From the human T2T-CHM13v2.0 reference genome, Homo sapiens, in NCBI RefSeq assembly GCF_009914755.1, contig NC_060936.1: a DNA stretch of 64,000 bases; one strand, given 5' to 3'. Within the stretch, counting starts at the first letter, position 1; every line of letters starts with the position of its first letter. A model generated the notes under the pieces. The model was not told the DNA's origin. It saw only the letters and a program-made list of their open reading frames with translations, and ran no database searches. The position numbers and the translations under genes were made by a program. Of the stretch, positions 28,983 to 45,400 are shown one piece after another.

Positions 28983-31457
28983 ACTATATGTCTACCAACA
29001 TATATACCATTATCAATATTTTTATTGCTGGTTTAATCTCTTCAGTCCAAACAACTTTCTTTACTATTTTATGTAGTGTATATTTTTTATGATGCTGCCA
29101 TGACATTTTCACATTACTTAAAAAGGGGAAAAACATATGCCAACCAGAGTTGTATACTTGGTGAAAACAGTATACAAATATTAAACCAATTTGAAGTCAT
29201 TTTCAGGTAAACAAAAATTATGGATGTTAACCGTGGGGAGGTTTGTCCAGTAGTATGTATACAATCAGGGACAAAGTGGGGAAATTGCTTAAGCTATATT
29301 TGTTTTTCTCTTTGTATACAGCAATAAAAATATCTGGCTCAAAAAAGAGCTTTGCTCAGAGTACAAGGAAAACCTGTTAATATGGAAGATGGAGGTTGCA
29401 ATGCAGATAATAAAAAAATTAGTGGTCCCTAAATTAATTTTGTTATTTCTTTATTATTTTATTTTTCGTACATATATTTAATTTTAACAATTCAGTATTT
29501 TTTAAATTGCTTATTTCATTTAGAAATGCAGACTTCCTACTTCTGTTAAAAAATCTGCAGATCTTACATTAGTCCCTCATATATACTGTTAACACTTAGT
29601 GGATCTTGAAATTCCAAGTTCTCTACAGTCATCTCCACTTTATCCTGCCTATTAATGAAATGCATTTTATATTAAGAGTAGGTCTCTGAAGCCATTGAGT
29701 TTGATACTCCCATAATGAAAAATGATGCACAAAAATTAATCTTGATCTATATGGAAAAGTAGAAAGGGTGACTGGAGAGCTTTTTAGAAAATTATATGTA
29801 CTTATGTCCAGGTATTTACATCACCAGGAGGTTCCAGCTTGCAATTGCTCCTCAATCCATCACCTACTTGAACCAACACAATGTCTCTCACCACCTTCCA
29901 CATCCTTCACACTCTTGCTTTCCTGAAATCTAAGTCCTCATTCATGGGCAATAAATTCTGCGGAGCCAAAATGTATATAATAAATCTTACATTTCTGGAC
30001 ACATTCTTACATAAAGCATGTTATATAAAGGCTGAGATTTTAGAGAAACATTAAGACAATATTTTATTTTTGGCATGTTATAGGCCAAGATAGTTTTGAG
30101 GCTGATTTTTAAAAATTAAAATGTAATTCTACTCTTATAAAGGTTAATTTTAAATTAAAGAGAAAGACAATTTGCACATAGGCTTTTATAACATTTTAAA
30201 GTTTAGGGATACAATATATTCAATACATCAGTAGGTGGATAGGGATGGGCAGACAGTAGATGATAGCTAGCTAGATAAACTTGGTTTATTCAAGTCATAT
30301 TACATTCTCTGGGAGGAAGTTAATTAATTTTCCTTACATTTTCTCTTATTCGACCACATGCTATCTCATATCTTTCTGACATCTTGATTTATATTATAAT
30401 ACTCTCAGTAACAATAAAAATAAAGCAGTGATATCTGAAATTGAGATTAAATATAATTATTTTCAGGAAACGTATAATTTATTTTCATTTTCTTATCTCT
30501 TCAACTTAATGTGATATGTTATTCATAAATAATTCTTCAAAATTTCAATAACCATTGAAATCCTATTTACTTCGACTGGAGGGTAGATTTTAGAGTCTAC
30601 ATATTGGCCAGTATAATTATAAAACTTCATAAACTACCTTCCTTTATGGTGGTGTTTTGCAATTTATTTTCTGGTTAAATTCTTAGGTAATATGATTCAC
30701 TTTTTTTAAGACAAATATTTCTACTGGTGATAATGTCACAACTAAAACTCAGTTGCTCATGGATTCAGAAAATAGGCTGTCATTGTAGTGTGACTGTCTG
30801 AATATTTCAAATAATAAAAAAATTTAGCATGGAACCCACCCACCAAAATATGTTTGAGTACTACAATGTTTGACATGTACAGAGATATTAATAAGATAAA
30901 ATTTTATAGTATTAACTTAGGTATCTTGGCTCATTAGAAATCTACCTAAAATGAGAAAAAATATTATAATTCAACTGTAATTTTAAAAAAAATAAATAGC
31001 TTTACTGTTCTTATGCTGAATTTATCAATCCATTCTGACATTGGGTTGACACAGCCTTAGGCTGTTTTCTAATTTTTTTCTTATAAAATAAGCAATGCTG
31101 GAGTAGAAGAATATTGCTGGTGTTTTAGATCTATGTACAAAGATAAATTACTTCATATACTTGGATGCATTTTCTTCCTCCCCAACACATACACTTCTAC
31201 AATCTACCCCATGATAACTGTATTGTAAGCTGAGAGGTTAAAATGTAATCGAGAGCTGAGCCTTTATATGACATGCTCACAGCAACCTTCATGAAAATTT
31301 CATTTGTTAAGAATGACTTACTTAGAGTAATAAAAGACAAAGATATTTTGAAACTATATCCTCTAACATCACCCCATCTTTCAGCGAATCCTTACTGCCA
31401 AAAAAAGACTGCAACCAGCTGTAAAATATAGAAAGTTATTTAATCTTAGAAATCTGG

Positions 31458-31766
<309 letters not shown>

Positions 31767-33199
31767 CTAAGCTCATTGCTAGAGTCATTTATTTCTCTAA
31801 CAATAACCTCACATGTATATGTCTGTAGTCCCGACCACAAACTTGCAACTTGCATATATAAAGACTTTGCCATTTCGAGGCTTGTCACCTCAAACTCGCT
31901 ATTGCAAAATTCACCTCCTCCACATCATCCCCAAAGCTCATTTGCTTTCCAGCTAACCCAATTCTGTCAATGAAGTTTTTTCCAGGTAACTTTCTAGATT
32001 CTCTATCTGGAAAACTTAGAATCATATATGATGCATCCTTCTTTAAAAAATACTTTATGTTCTCTATATCACTGAATCCCGCTAATTATTTCTTTAAAAT
32101 AAATTCCAGTTTGAACCTTCTTCATGTTTACCAGAGGTTCCAGAAAGATAATCACCATTGTTTCTACCTAGATAATTGCAACATCCTTACGTTTACCTCC
32201 TTTCTTCTGTTTTAACTGTGTTTATAATTTATCCAATCTGCTACTATCACAGGCTATCAGAATTTTTTTAAAGTAGTTCACAAAGCTTTAAATAATTATT
32301 CCACTCCCCTGCACATTTTAGGAGGAAATCTAATATTTTTCCTGAAAACCTTAAATAACTGTAAATTATGTAATGCTTACCTCATTGTTATAGTCCTGTC
32401 TTAAAGCATGATTTAAATGTATCCAAAAATCAACATGCTATAACAATTTGATAATCATCAACTATTAAAATAAATTACAAATCTCATCATTAATTGTAGG
32501 AAATATTTCACCTGCTGTATTTCTAAAAAAATCATAGAAAATTTTTTTTTCTGAGTGTTGTATGGTCCTAATAAATATCTCGTCCAGTTTGACTAAATAT
32601 AAAATATTAGTTTTTCTTTGCTTGAATATTCTAAATATATTATCTCATTGTCTTATGGTCTTAAGCATTGTCAAAAAGATTGATGACAAGCTGATTTTCC
32701 TTTCTTTGTACATTATGTAACCTGTCTGCCTAAATATCCAAAGATTATTTTTTTCTTTCCCTTTCTACTAAAACACTACTTTTCCTGTGATATGTCAATC
32801 TGTGGGTCACTTCGTGTTACTTTATGTATGAACTGTGACACTGCAAAATTTTGTTTACAGTAGATTTTTTTTCAGTTACATTTAAAAATTACATTTCTTT
32901 CTGTTGAATTGTTTTGCTTTGTAGGGGGAAAAAATCCTATTTTAGTTTGTTCATTTATCATGTCTCATATGCTATACCTAATACTTTAACTCAAATCCAT
33001 TTGAATTTTTCATTTAAGAATATTAAAATTTCATATTTCCGTATTTTATATATCTTATGAAATTATCTATGACTATTTTTTAAAAAATTTTAATTGTTTT
33101 TATATCTCTTTCTTTCAAATACTTTCTTGACCTCATTTCTTATTTTCTTTGACTTGTGATTTAATTTGTTCTTTCACAGCTTCAATTCTTTTAGCACTA

Positions 33200-33552
33200 A
33201 TTTTTTTAATTTTACTTTGAGTTCTAGGATACATGTGCAGAACATGCAGATTTGTTACATAGGTATACATGTGCCATGGTGGTTTGCAGTACCCATCAAC
33301 CCCTCATCTATGTTTTAAGCCCCACATGCATTAGGTATTTGTCCTAATGCTCTCCCTCCCCTTGCCCCACACCCTCCAACAAGCCCCAGTGTGTGATGTT
33401 CCCCTCCCTGTGTCCATGTGTTCTCATTGTTCAGCTCCCACTTATGAGTGAGAACATGCAGTGTTGGGTTTTCTGTTCCTGTGTTAATCTGCTGAGAATG
33501 ATGGCTTCTAGCTTCATCCATGTCCGTGCAAAGGACATGAACTCATTCTTTT
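33200..33552 (-). mobile_element. L1PA7/8-like 3' end fragment
   Basis: L1PA 3'UTR with 'gcactaatttt' on both sides as TSD. Confidence 0.9.
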
Positions 33553-33660
33553 TTTGTTTTTGTTTTTTTTTTGGCACTAATTTTAGATCATTTTAAAATA
33601 CCAGGATATATTTTTAAATTTGTGAGCAGGTCTTTCTATTATGCTTTTACTCTTTTATGA

Positions 33661-34007
<347 letters not shown>

Positions 34008-35569
34008 AGTATTCCCTTATTTATATATAACACATTTCAGATACTCATTTTTAAGTGAGATTAATGTTTTTGTATTTTTCAAAATGTAAAAATGAGCCAG
34101 CATAGTTTTTCTAACTCCACCATTCTAGAGCTTTTTTCTTCTGTTATTTTTATAAAATTATCAAACATGTTCACATGCTTTCTGAGATATCATTCCCCTA
34201 AACTCTTCTCTTTTCCCCTGTGTCTCTGTCCTGCTCATTTCCATCATATTTCCAACACTTTCTTTGTAACGGAGGGTCTTATCCTGGATGTGAACTTCGG
34301 CTTTTTAGGTTCTAGATTTCAAAGGGCTCAGACTGTCCTTCAAACAGTCTCCTTAAAATCACCCATTTGTTTAGGCCTAAAATCCCCCTCTCAGTTTTGG
34401 ATACTCTTCTCAGTTTAAACTGGGAAGATTATCTTGGGTGACTTGAGGGTTCATCAGATTCCAGGGCTGCAAGAACCTATTTACTTTTCTTCTGATTCTC
34501 CTCTTGCAGTTTCTTATTCCACATGGGTTTTGTAGGTTTGACTACACACACATATTTCAGAGTTTATGAAACCATTTTTTCATGTGATTCTATGTAGATA
34601 TTTCAATGGGACATTTGGTTTTGCTATATTAATTTATCTATCTTTTTTTAATTTAAGAGATTGGGGGAGATTCACCAAGCTACCCTGACAATGCATCCAT
34701 CTATCCAGAATCCCACCCTAGCTTATTTTTTACAATAAATTTTTAGAGATCATGAATTATTTGTCTCTAGAAATCTTTTTGTTTTTGAAAACAATAAACT
34801 CTTGAAATTTTATTTATAGTATAGGTTATACTAATTAACTTTGGCTGTTTTTCTCACTTTATAATGATACAGAATTTCAATATTCCTTATAAAAGCTGAC
34901 AAAAATACTTGAAGGAGGATTCCTCTATATTGTGAATGTTAATCAATGTTTGACTTTCTGTCAACATTAATGTTTGACTCTCTGTAAATCTAACTTAACT
35001 TATAAAGCCTAGAATGTGTATGTATACAAAAAACTGTTCAGTTTAACTCTGAAGCTAGCATAATAAAATTGTTATTAGGAATATATTATCAGGATGCATT
35101 AACTAAGGACCAAGACAAATGTTACCACTCAGAAATACCATTAAGAGTCAAATGTGCAACCTCCTTCAAATGATGTTATCTCCAAAAATATTTTCACACA
35201 TATTTATCTCAGATTTGTGGTTACTTTCAATGACGATTCATATGCCTTCATTCATTAGATGTTTTTAAGTGTATACTCTGATTATCAACAGAACTGAAAT
35301 ATAATAATACATGAAATTTCCATAACTGGAAATTTACATTGAATATAATGCCAATCATCACTGTATATAACCCTCATTTTGGGAACAAGTTTTATTTTTA
35401 TTTCTTATAATCAATTTACATGAAGCCACATAGTCCTCTTAATTTGAACTGGTCTTCTTAATATATGTTTATAATACCATATATACATTCATATTTACAC
35501 ATAAGGTAGAGCTACTAGATTTACTGCAAAGACATCAGATTTCTTAAAAGTATTTTCATCCAACTCAAT

Positions 35570-36420
35570 TATTAATTATTAATGCAACTTTTCCCTGCTT
35601 CTACCCTTGCCAATCTACATTTTAGTCTTAAAAGAGCAGCAGAAGAGGCCTCTTTAAAACTATAAGCAAAAACATGTCACTCTTTTGTTCAAAACCATTC
35701 AGTAGTTCCCCATTTCACTCAGAGTCAAAGTAGAAGTCCTCTCTATGGCTCATATTGTATTACAAGATCTGGCCCCTCTTCATCTCTAATCTTACATCCC
35801 CAAGATGTAAGATTGTCACCAAGATTGTTTAGTCTACCACCAAGGCCAGCTTCACGGGCATGCAACTTATGTCCAGTGCTCAAGAGGACCCCAAATTTGT
35901 TTGATTCTTTATTGTCACCATCTTTAAATATTTAATACTTTTAACATTTTAATTGTATGTAAATGACATAACCTATTCTCTTGACCACTTTACTATGTCT
36001 TGACTATACCAGTCATTCCCCATTTTATCCTTTATAGCAGTTATTCCATTTCCTGGAATGCTGTTTTCTCAGAAAATTGGATGACTACCTTTCTTACCTC
36101 TTTACAATTTTTGCCCAAATGTCAGACCTAATCTGTACACCTGTAAAAAACTATAGTTATTCCACCATCATAAGCCCCTTCATATTTCTGATTTCCTCTT
36201 ACCATGCTTCATATTTTATTTTTCTCTGTAATTCCTAATGCCTTACAATTTATGTCTATAGTATGGGTTTCTTTTCCTTTGCTTCTTTTTTGTTTCCCTT
36301 CATTTGCTTGTCTGTAGACCATAAAAGATAGTGATCTTTGCTTTGTTCACTGACATATATCAATCACCTACACAAGTTCCTGTTATGAGCTCATAAATCT
36401 TAGTTGGATAATGATTCTAT
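35570..36420 (-). mobile_element. L2 fragments
   Basis: 'catgtcactcttttgttcaaaaccattc..cccatttcactcagagt', 'cctggaatgctgtt', 'ttgttcactg'. Confidence 0.65.
35841..35945 (+). mobile_element. MER45-like hAT-Tip100 fragment nested in L2
   Basis: 'ggccagcttcacgggcatgcaac...gctcaagaggacccc...tgtcaccatctttaaatatttaatac'. Confidence 0.65.
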
Positions 36421-36784
36421 TCATTCCACTTAACTAGAATGTAGCAACTGTAGCTTCGCTCATATGTATCATGTATTCACAAATTCATAATTTACCATTG
36501 AAAAAAACTTGCTACCATTTGGTCACGGTTTCCTGATTGGCATTTTATTGATCAAAAGAATGATACCCATCTAGAAATTAAATCATTTCACTGGACTTGA
36601 GAAAAACACTGACCTAAGTTTTATTCAGAAATTTCAATATGCTCACTAGCACTAGGTTTTTTTTAATCTCTCATAAATTAAAATCAGAAGACAAGAACTC
36701 TAGAACAGACTCATTATAATAATGCTTATATAAGATGTAAAAAAATCACAATTTCATGATGCCCTATACCTTATTTGTGATGTG

Positions 36785-36990
36785 AGAGGCAATAAATAAA
36801 CGTTATGATGAAATTCTATGAGGCCAGATTGCCTGGGTTGTATTCAGGCTCTACCACTCTTAAACTGTGGGATGTTGAAAAGTTACTTACTTTCTATGAC
36901 ATGATTCCTTCATTACATATAAATGGGGAAAATAATAGTGCTTCTTTTTTTGAGTTTTGTAAAACCTACATAAGCTCATCAATATAACAC
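36785..36990 (+). mobile_element. MIR
   Basis: 'gccagattgcctgggttg.attcaggctctaccact...aaatggggaaaataatagt'. Confidence 0.7.
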
Positions 36991-37221
36991 ATTTGGAACA
37001 GGCAAATTCTCAACATTCACTAAACAGGAATATACTAAACACTTTGCAAATACTTGCTAACATTACATGTAAAATGGGAAAATTAATGTTTGTGTATTGT
37101 GTACTGCTTTGGTTCTCGTGACACTCAAATATAAAGTTAAAAAGTCAAATTGAAAATTATAAAGAACTATAAAAATATGTATTTCATGATTCAGCTTTCT
37201 GCCTATCATATAATAATATTT

Positions 37222-37358
37222 CTTTTTTTGTTTTTTAAGAAAATAGCTCAGTGACACAATTATAGCTCACTACAGCCTTGAACTCCTGGCCTCAAGCAAA
37301 CCTCCCGCCTCAGCCTCCCGGGCAGCTGGGATTACAAGTGCCAGTCACCTCACCCAGC
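37222..37358 (-). mobile_element. FLAM Alu monomer
   Basis: 'atagctcactacagccttgaactcctggcctcaagc...cctcccgcctcagcctccc'. Confidence 0.8.
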
Positions 37359-40300
37359 ATGTTTTTTAAGAAGTGATTTTGACATATAAAAGACAGTTTT
37401 TACTACATATATTTTTTTTCCTTTCTCTATTCCACCATGTTTGTCTCTAAGATGATGAGTACATCTTGTGTATTGCTATCTGGACATTAGAAAGATAAGA
37501 AATTATCAAGCCTGTAGGGTTCATGTGAACTATGTGGTAATGAATAAAGTCTTTCTGAGAAACATGAATGGAGGAAAAGAGACTATTATTTCAGGACTGA
37601 TATTTGAAAACCAACACAAACTTTACAGGTAAACAATGGTTCCAAGTTCACTGACAATTTCTATTTCCTAGAGTAAGCAGCAGTAAACAGGGCTAGCCTA
37701 AAGAAGGAACAGAGGAGTATTTGTTAGAATTGTTAATGAAAAGGGTCATTTAAATTATTGTTATACAATGATTTTATTCGTATAGACCATTTAATTTCAA
37801 GAAACTTTGCACTTTAATCTCTTAGTTCTTTCTGTGCACTTCTAATGTGCATCATCAAGCATTTAATTGCATTTCAGTTACATGCCTTCTATGGATCTAG
37901 AGACTTTTTCTTTTAATCTGCTCAATCTTGTGATACATTGACTGACAATTGAGCATAGAGTTTAAAAAAATATATTTTTTTTCAACAAAGAACTCTTCTG
38001 TAACTCTGGAAGCCTGTGTAAACTGATAGCTTACAAGTAGCAGAGCAAAGACTCAAAATGAAATTTTATCCAGAGCTCACTCACATTTCCAAAATCAGGT
38101 TACTGACAGAAATATTCTCTCATTTCCTAGGGACCAAGAAATGTCTCAGTTTGCTAAACAACCTTATGGTATGCATGAGGGTACTAAAGAAATCTGATTC
38201 CAACCCTAAGGCCGGCTTAATTCACAGCTGCTGAATAGTTGATATCGGATTGGCCCTAAGCAGAAAGCTACTTGGAAACTAAAGTATGAAAATATTCTAA
38301 TGTACCTGCATAGATCCAGATTTCACAATTGAAGAAGTCAAGCAGAAATTCAAACTGTAAACAAAGCCAGAACAAATGGTCATTTTTTTGGTGGCACCTC
38401 CCTAGAGAACAAGGGACATACATTTCTCTTCAATATGTCTCCACTCAACTTCATGGCAAACATGCAAATTGGTTTTAATATAATTTGTTTTCACCATTAA
38501 GAAGGTATATATCAATGGGAAACATTTTATTTTTCCAGATTTAAATTATTTGATCTGTGAAAGAATGATGATGGATAATTTTTCTACTATATGAAGTATA
38601 CTAGAGATCTCATTCGAGATCTATCAAAAAGGAATCTTTATTTGGAAAAAAAAATGCATTAAAAAAGAAAAAAGTTACAATTCTTCAAAAAGTTATCAAG
38701 ATTTATATTACTGGATTTTTTTAAAAAATGTAATATATCCTTACAGGAAGAAAATGATGCAATTACCTGACAACAATAATCAATAAGTAAAGGAATAACA
38801 TTACTAAATTTAAAAATGCTAAAAATTTTTGAGGGAAGCAAAGGGAAAAGTTAGAAGATACATATAGAGATAGGCAGAAAAACAGAGCATGGAGCGATTT
38901 TCATTATCGTTGTAGTCAAAGCTTTGGACCACAAGCATTAGAGGAATAACCCTGACTCAAAGGTCATTCTAACCAAGTCACAACTGTATGTTCTACGTGG
39001 AAGTTTGAGGTCAAAGCTTTGTGCTAAATGCCTGCACTATACCATCTGTATATCTACTATGTGAACTTTGGCTAGGGCAAAAACTGTTAAAGGATTCAGG
39101 ATTCTACTAGTTCTTCAAAGATGCATATAAAGTATAGCATAGTATGATTTCATCTGATTTACAGTCATAGAAAGGGAGAAAAAAGTCATTGTGGGGTTCT
39201 GTGCTTTAGTGTATGTAATTTACTTTTACGGGAAGTTGTTTCATTCCAGAACAATCTTGTTTATCATAAATACTGAATCTTGGAAAATCACCTATTAATT
39301 CTATAATAAATGAGTCACAAGGAATATCAGGCTGAATTTCAACAAATAATTTCAGAATTATATCCATCATAATTTACACCTGAACTTTTTAGTATAAAAG
39401 GAAGCCATAATCATTGAATTAATAATCCAACATAATAATCACTCAATAGGAGGGTTAGGATGGTATTGATGAAAAAGAACCCATGTACTATTAACTATAG
39501 TGAAGTTTCATAGCACTTTTAACCTCCTTTGTCTTTCTTTTTTTTAGATTTTATATTTTACTTAAACCCAAGTACCTAAATGCTATTAATAGTATGTGGA
39601 TTATGACAATTCAGAGGCTAATGAAATCGCTGAATAGCTTATATGGCTACCCAGAAGGGATTTGGAGGCAAGATGTACTTTAGGTTGACATTCTATGTAG
39701 TAATTTGTATTATAGTGAAATGAGTCTACAAAGTATCTAGTAGACCAGGAAAAAAACAGTGATTTTTTTTTTTTTTTTAAGAATAACATCCTTTTATCTC
39801 TTCTTATGCACTTACCCTCTTAGGTTACTTAGCTTGTCACCACAATAAATAGCTTCTACCTCCTGCTAAGCCATGCTCAGTGGGGGCTTTGTAAGGTCAG
39901 AAAACTAAGCAAACAGGAACAGAGGATGAAAGGAAAATAGTTTTATAAAAAGGCAGAAATGTTAGGAAAACATAGAAAAATATATACGGTTAGTCTACAG
40001 TAGTACTTTGCAAAGCATGCTGTATGTAACATGAAATCCATAAAATATTTTTATCGTGAGACAATCCATTAAAAAGTGCCATATTCAAAAACTGGAAAAT
40101 CTGCATATGCCAACAGATTCAAAGGTATGTTTGCACATCTAATGCTCTAACTCATGAAGAGAAGAAACTTATTTAACCTTGCTTAGCTATGTGATTCCAA
40201 ATGTGTTTGATTGTTGAAGTCTTTCTACCACTTAATTCCTATCAAACAGCTGCTTAAATCAGGGTTCTGCAAATCACACTTTGGGAAAACGTGGTTTGGG

Positions 40301-42151
40301 TTAAATAGTCAAGTGTTGATTGTTCCCTTCCAAAATGAAAATTAAAAGAGCTAAATATATTCAAAAGACAAACATTTTATATTTGCATTTCTCATGCATA
40401 TATTCATTCATTTAAAAATTTAAAAATAAAACAACTATCTGTGAGATCATGTCAGTCAAACTGGAGTTCCTGCCACCCTGTTGATTAGATAGTGCTTTAA
40501 TCCCTTGGATTGAAATTCTTTAAAAAATTACAAGACACCATTTCCTTTTTCTCTCCCAAATATACTGCCAAGGAGGGTACAGCTATAACAACCCATTGCT
40601 CTCACCTTCTTCAAGTATCCTACTGGTTTTGTAACCAAGAGAAGGAAGCATGGCTCACTTACAGAATGAGGCAGACAGACGGATTTTCCACCGTTAAAGC
40701 CGAGTATCTGAATTCTACCCTTTAACTCTACCAACAGTGTGAGAAAGTGTTTTGACACCCTTATGATTTCTTCAGAGCAGAAATTTTGGACCTAGTGTGA
40801 CCTCCAGCCATAAATGTCAGATCTCATTTGGAATAAAAAGGGAAGAATTTCCTTCAGTTCCTTTTACAGGAAAAAGAAAAGCAACCTAGCATGATCTAAA
40901 CAAATAAAAGCCTTAACTTTTGTAGATATATATTCTTCTCTTTTAATTCAGATATTCAGTCTGTTTTCAGAAAAGAGTCCATAAATATTGGTGTATAATA
41001 TATAGGAGTAAATGTCTGTTTATATCATTGCCTTCATATGAGAAGGCTGCGTGTGTGGGATAGTCTTAATGTCAAGGGACTAGATGCAGTTACCTTCCAA
41101 TAGAAAATATAGCAATATTATATACAAGATTATAATATAATTAGACAATTAGAAATAGACATATGCACAGAATTAAAGATAGAGTATTAATTAGAGTCAT
41201 TTGAGTTATTTCTAAAGAAAAGGTTAAAATAGGAATAATAAGAGGGACAAAAAGCAACAGCATGTTATGCATAGGATATTATATGCATATAATCAAAGAT
41301 ATAAAGAGACTGAAAGTGGTGAAGTATGACACAATGTTCTTATCTGGGTGACTGGGCTAACTGTGATACTGCAATATGATTTTGAGAATACATAAATAGA
41401 CTGCGAGGATGGGATGATGAGCTTATTATAGTGCATTTTGTTGTGGAAGTATCCACTAAATGTTTAGATAGCAAAGGGGATGGGAGAGGTGGAGGGAGGT
41501 CTGGCCTAAAGCTACAAAACTGGTAATTTTCAGCACATCAGAGATAACTGAAAGCCTGAGAGAGAATTAGATAAGCCAGATAAGTGATAGGTTGGGAGAG
41601 ATTTAGTGAGAATACCTTAATTTGAAGGGATCCATAGGGAATATTATATCCAACTACATATTATTTTAATATTATATATTATATTAATGTCTTATTTCTC
41701 TTTATGTGCCATTTACCTTTTTAAATATGTTTACACTTAAAAAGCAGTCTTGCAGTATATCCAAATAATTTAAATCTTTGTAGAAAAAGAAAACTCCTAC
41801 CTTCCAAATAGTTTGTCAGTACTACTATTGAACCCACACACCATGAGTGTAACCAAAGTCCTACTCTTTTATTTGTCCTTTAATATAAATAGGGAAATTC
41901 CAATTTTAAACATAAATAAATCTTCGCTTGAGGTGATATTTTATGCAGAATTATTGATGAATTATGTTAAATTGTTCCTATATTAATATGATGTCATCAG
42001 TACTATTATTCAGGACACATTCTCTTCCATGTTTCAGGGTAACTGAACTTTAGAATTAGATATAGATGGTATTATTTATTTTAGGAGAGCAATATGGCAT
42101 AACGGAGATTGCATGGACTTCGGAATTGAAAAACTCAACCTCAAACTGTAA

Positions 42152-42330
42152 TTTTTTTTTTTTTTTTTGAAACAGGGTCTGGCTCTGTCACCCAGACTGG
42201 AGTGCAGTGGTGCAGTCTTGGCTTTCTGTAGCCTCAACCCAGGTTCAAGCAACCCTCCCACTTCAGCTTCCCCAGTAACTGGGACTACTGGCACACACCA
42301 CCATGCAGAGCTAGTTTTTTGGATTTTTTT
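42152..42330 (-). mobile_element. AluJ right arm
   Basis: Poly-T followed by 'gaaacagggtctggctctgtcacccag'. Confidence 0.85.
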
Positions 42331-42429
42331 CTAGAGGATCTCAAATAATTTAGTGTTAGAAAACACACTTCAGCCAGTTGTAGTCCACCTGTCCACACAC
42401 AAACAAAAGTGTAGAGCTTGAAGATAGTT

Positions 42430-45400
42430 TATGTACAACCCAAAATCAGATATACAATATTTTTCAAGACTGCAGAAGATTCCCTCATTCATTTTTCTGT
42501 TCATTTCTCACCCTCAGTTTTCTAATTATTCTGGCTTTCTTAACCATCATTTAGTCCATTCTTGAAATTCACATAAATGGATTTATATAATATATCCTCT
42601 TTTGTGTCCTGCTTCTTTTGCTCAACATAATGTTGATAAAATTAATCTACATTATTCTGCATATTAAGATTTTATTATTTTATAGATTAGTATTGATTTT
42701 GAATAGGTGGGTAGCATTTATTTTTTATAGGTGGGTATTATCTATTTTTTATATGTAAGTAGTTTTTTTTTATAGGCTGGTAGTATTTCATTGTTTGAGT
42801 GTATTACCACTCATCGATTTTCTTATAGGTAGATTTATGGGTTGTTTCCAGTTTGGAAATATGAATAAACCTGTCGTAAATATCATTTCGGATATGAGTT
42901 TTGAGAATCTATGCACTCATGTCTTTCAGGTACGTAGTAGCAATGGATTTTCTGAGTCAGGATGTAGGCAAATGTTTAGCTTTAGTAGATACAAGCAGTT
43001 TTCCAAAGTCTTTTAACCAATTTATACAATCACCAAAAGTGAATACAAGTTCCGGTTCCTCTACATCCTTGCCAATTATTAATACTGTAAATCTATTTAA
43101 TTTTAGCTATTCCATAGGTGAAAAAGTGGTATATCATGGAGGAATCAATTTGTTTCTCCAATGGTAGATAATGTTAAATATTGTTCCATATACTTATTGG
43201 AGGTTTGAATATTCTCCTTTATAAAGTTCCAGTTAATGTTAATTTCTTTCATTGGATAATATATTGATTTCCTCTTTATTCCTGAAGGATATTTTCATTA
43301 GATAAAGAATCTTGGTTGGTAGTTCTCTTCTTTCTGGCCTTTATGGTTTCTGATGAGAAATCTGTTGCCTATTAGAATTATTTTTGCCTTATTGGTAATG
43401 TGTCATTTCTCATTTACAGCTTTCAATGTGTTTTCTTTGTCTTTAGTTTTCAGAAGTTTAACTGTCATGTCTGTTGGTGTAATATTTTTTGTTTTATCCT
43501 GTTGAGAGTTTGCTCAATGTATTAGTCAGTGTTCTCTAGAGAATCATAACCAATGAGATAGATGATAGATAGATAAGAGGGGATTATTAAGGGAATTGGC
43601 TTAATTGATTATGGAGGCCAAGGAGTCCCGTGAACAGTCATCTGCAAGCTGAAGACTCTGAAATGCTGGTATTACGTATGGTTCAGTCCAAGTCTGAAAG
43701 CCTCAGAACCAAGGAAACTAATCATGTAACTCTCGAAGGCAAAAGCCCAAGAACCCGAGGGGCTACTGGTGTAAGTTTTGGAATCCAAAGGCTGGACAGC
43801 CTGGATGTACCAGGTTAGCAGAAGAAGGGTATTCCAGCTGTAGAATAGAAAGAGAAAGAATTTGCCTTTCCTTGGCCTTTCTATTCTATCAGGACCCTCA
43901 GATAATAGGATAGTGCTCATCCACACTGAGGGCAGATCTTTCCTAGCCAGTCCACCAACTCACATGCCAACCTCTTCTGGAAATACCCTCTCAGACCTAC
44001 CCAGAAATAAGGTTTTTCCAGCTCTCTAAGTATTTCTTAATCCAGTCAGGTTGACAGCTGACACTATCACACTTAGCTTCTTTAGACTAATGTGTTTCTG
44101 TTTTTGCCAGCCTAGAGACATTTTTAGCCATTATTTTTTAAGTACTATTACAGCCTCACCTTTTTTGTTTCCTTCTTGGACTCTAATAACATGAATGTTA
44201 TGGTTTTTTTTTTTCATTATAATCCCACTGTTCCTGCCCAGTTCTGTCCACTTTTTATTCAGTCTATTTTCTTTCTATTCTCATTAAGTAATTTTTGTTG
44301 TTGCATCTTCAAGGTCTTTGTCTCCTTTGTTTCATCCATTATGCTGTTGAAATTATCCATTGAGTTACTAATTTCAATTATTTTATTTCTCAGTTCTATA
44401 ATTTTTACTTAGTTCTTCTTTATATCTTTACTTTCTTTACTGAGACTTTCTACTTCCTTGCCATAGATTCCTATTTTTATGTTTCAAGCTATTTTTTGTG
44501 GCTTATTTAAGTATTTTTATTATGGCTGCTTTAAAATCTTTGCCAGATAATTCTAACATCTCTGTTATCTCAGTGTCAACATGTATTGATTATCTTTTTA
44601 ATTCAGTTTGAGATCTTTTTGGTTCTTGGTATGATGTATAATTTTATATGAATACCTAGATATTTTGGGTATTATAAAATGCTGCATCTTACTTAAGCCT
44701 GTTTTAGCTCTCTTTCTCTGACATCACTCTGGCAGGGGAAGAGTGGGGCACCCCCTTGTTACTGCCAGAAGGGGACAGAAATTCGGTTCTACACTTGGCC
44801 GACATCTATACTCAAGGAGGGAAGGTACTAATTATTGTGAGATATTAGGAGTTCTGGCTCACCGCTAGATTTCTACTAATATCTCCCTATCTAGTAGGAG
44901 AAGGGGTGCCTTGTTTCTGTATCTCACATGACCTGTACTTACACTAAGATAGCTGGGGGTGGGAAGCCTTATTGCTACTGAGAAGGTGAAAGCATTGACT
45001 CTCTGAGAGACATCTTTTAATACCTTCCCAGTGAGGAAAAGAAAGAGTAACAGTTCATTACTGCAAGGTAGAAGTGAAAATGGAGGCTTACCATTTGGTC
45101 TTCATTAATACCATGTGAGGGTCCTTGTTACCACCTGGAGAGAAGGAATGTCTTGGTACCCAATTCAGCCTTCTCTGACACCAGCCCTGTAGGGTAGAGA
45201 AGGGAGGTTTATAAACTTCACTACAACCTAGAGACAATGAAAATCTAGGCTCTGAACTCTGCATTTGCTGGCTGGATGAGGGTGGTACCATGGTCTTTCT
45301 TAAGGTGTTTTTCTTCAATAAAGAGTTTATTGTATAAAAGTTTCTGTCTTGCTAGATTGCCATTTTTCTGTTCTTTCAGTTAGGAACAGCAGGCATCTGT

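Noticed and set aside
37450-39900. Repeat-poor stretches (also ~6800-7400 and ~21400-22450) as conserved enhancers
   Set aside because: Conservation and activity cannot be judged from one sequence.
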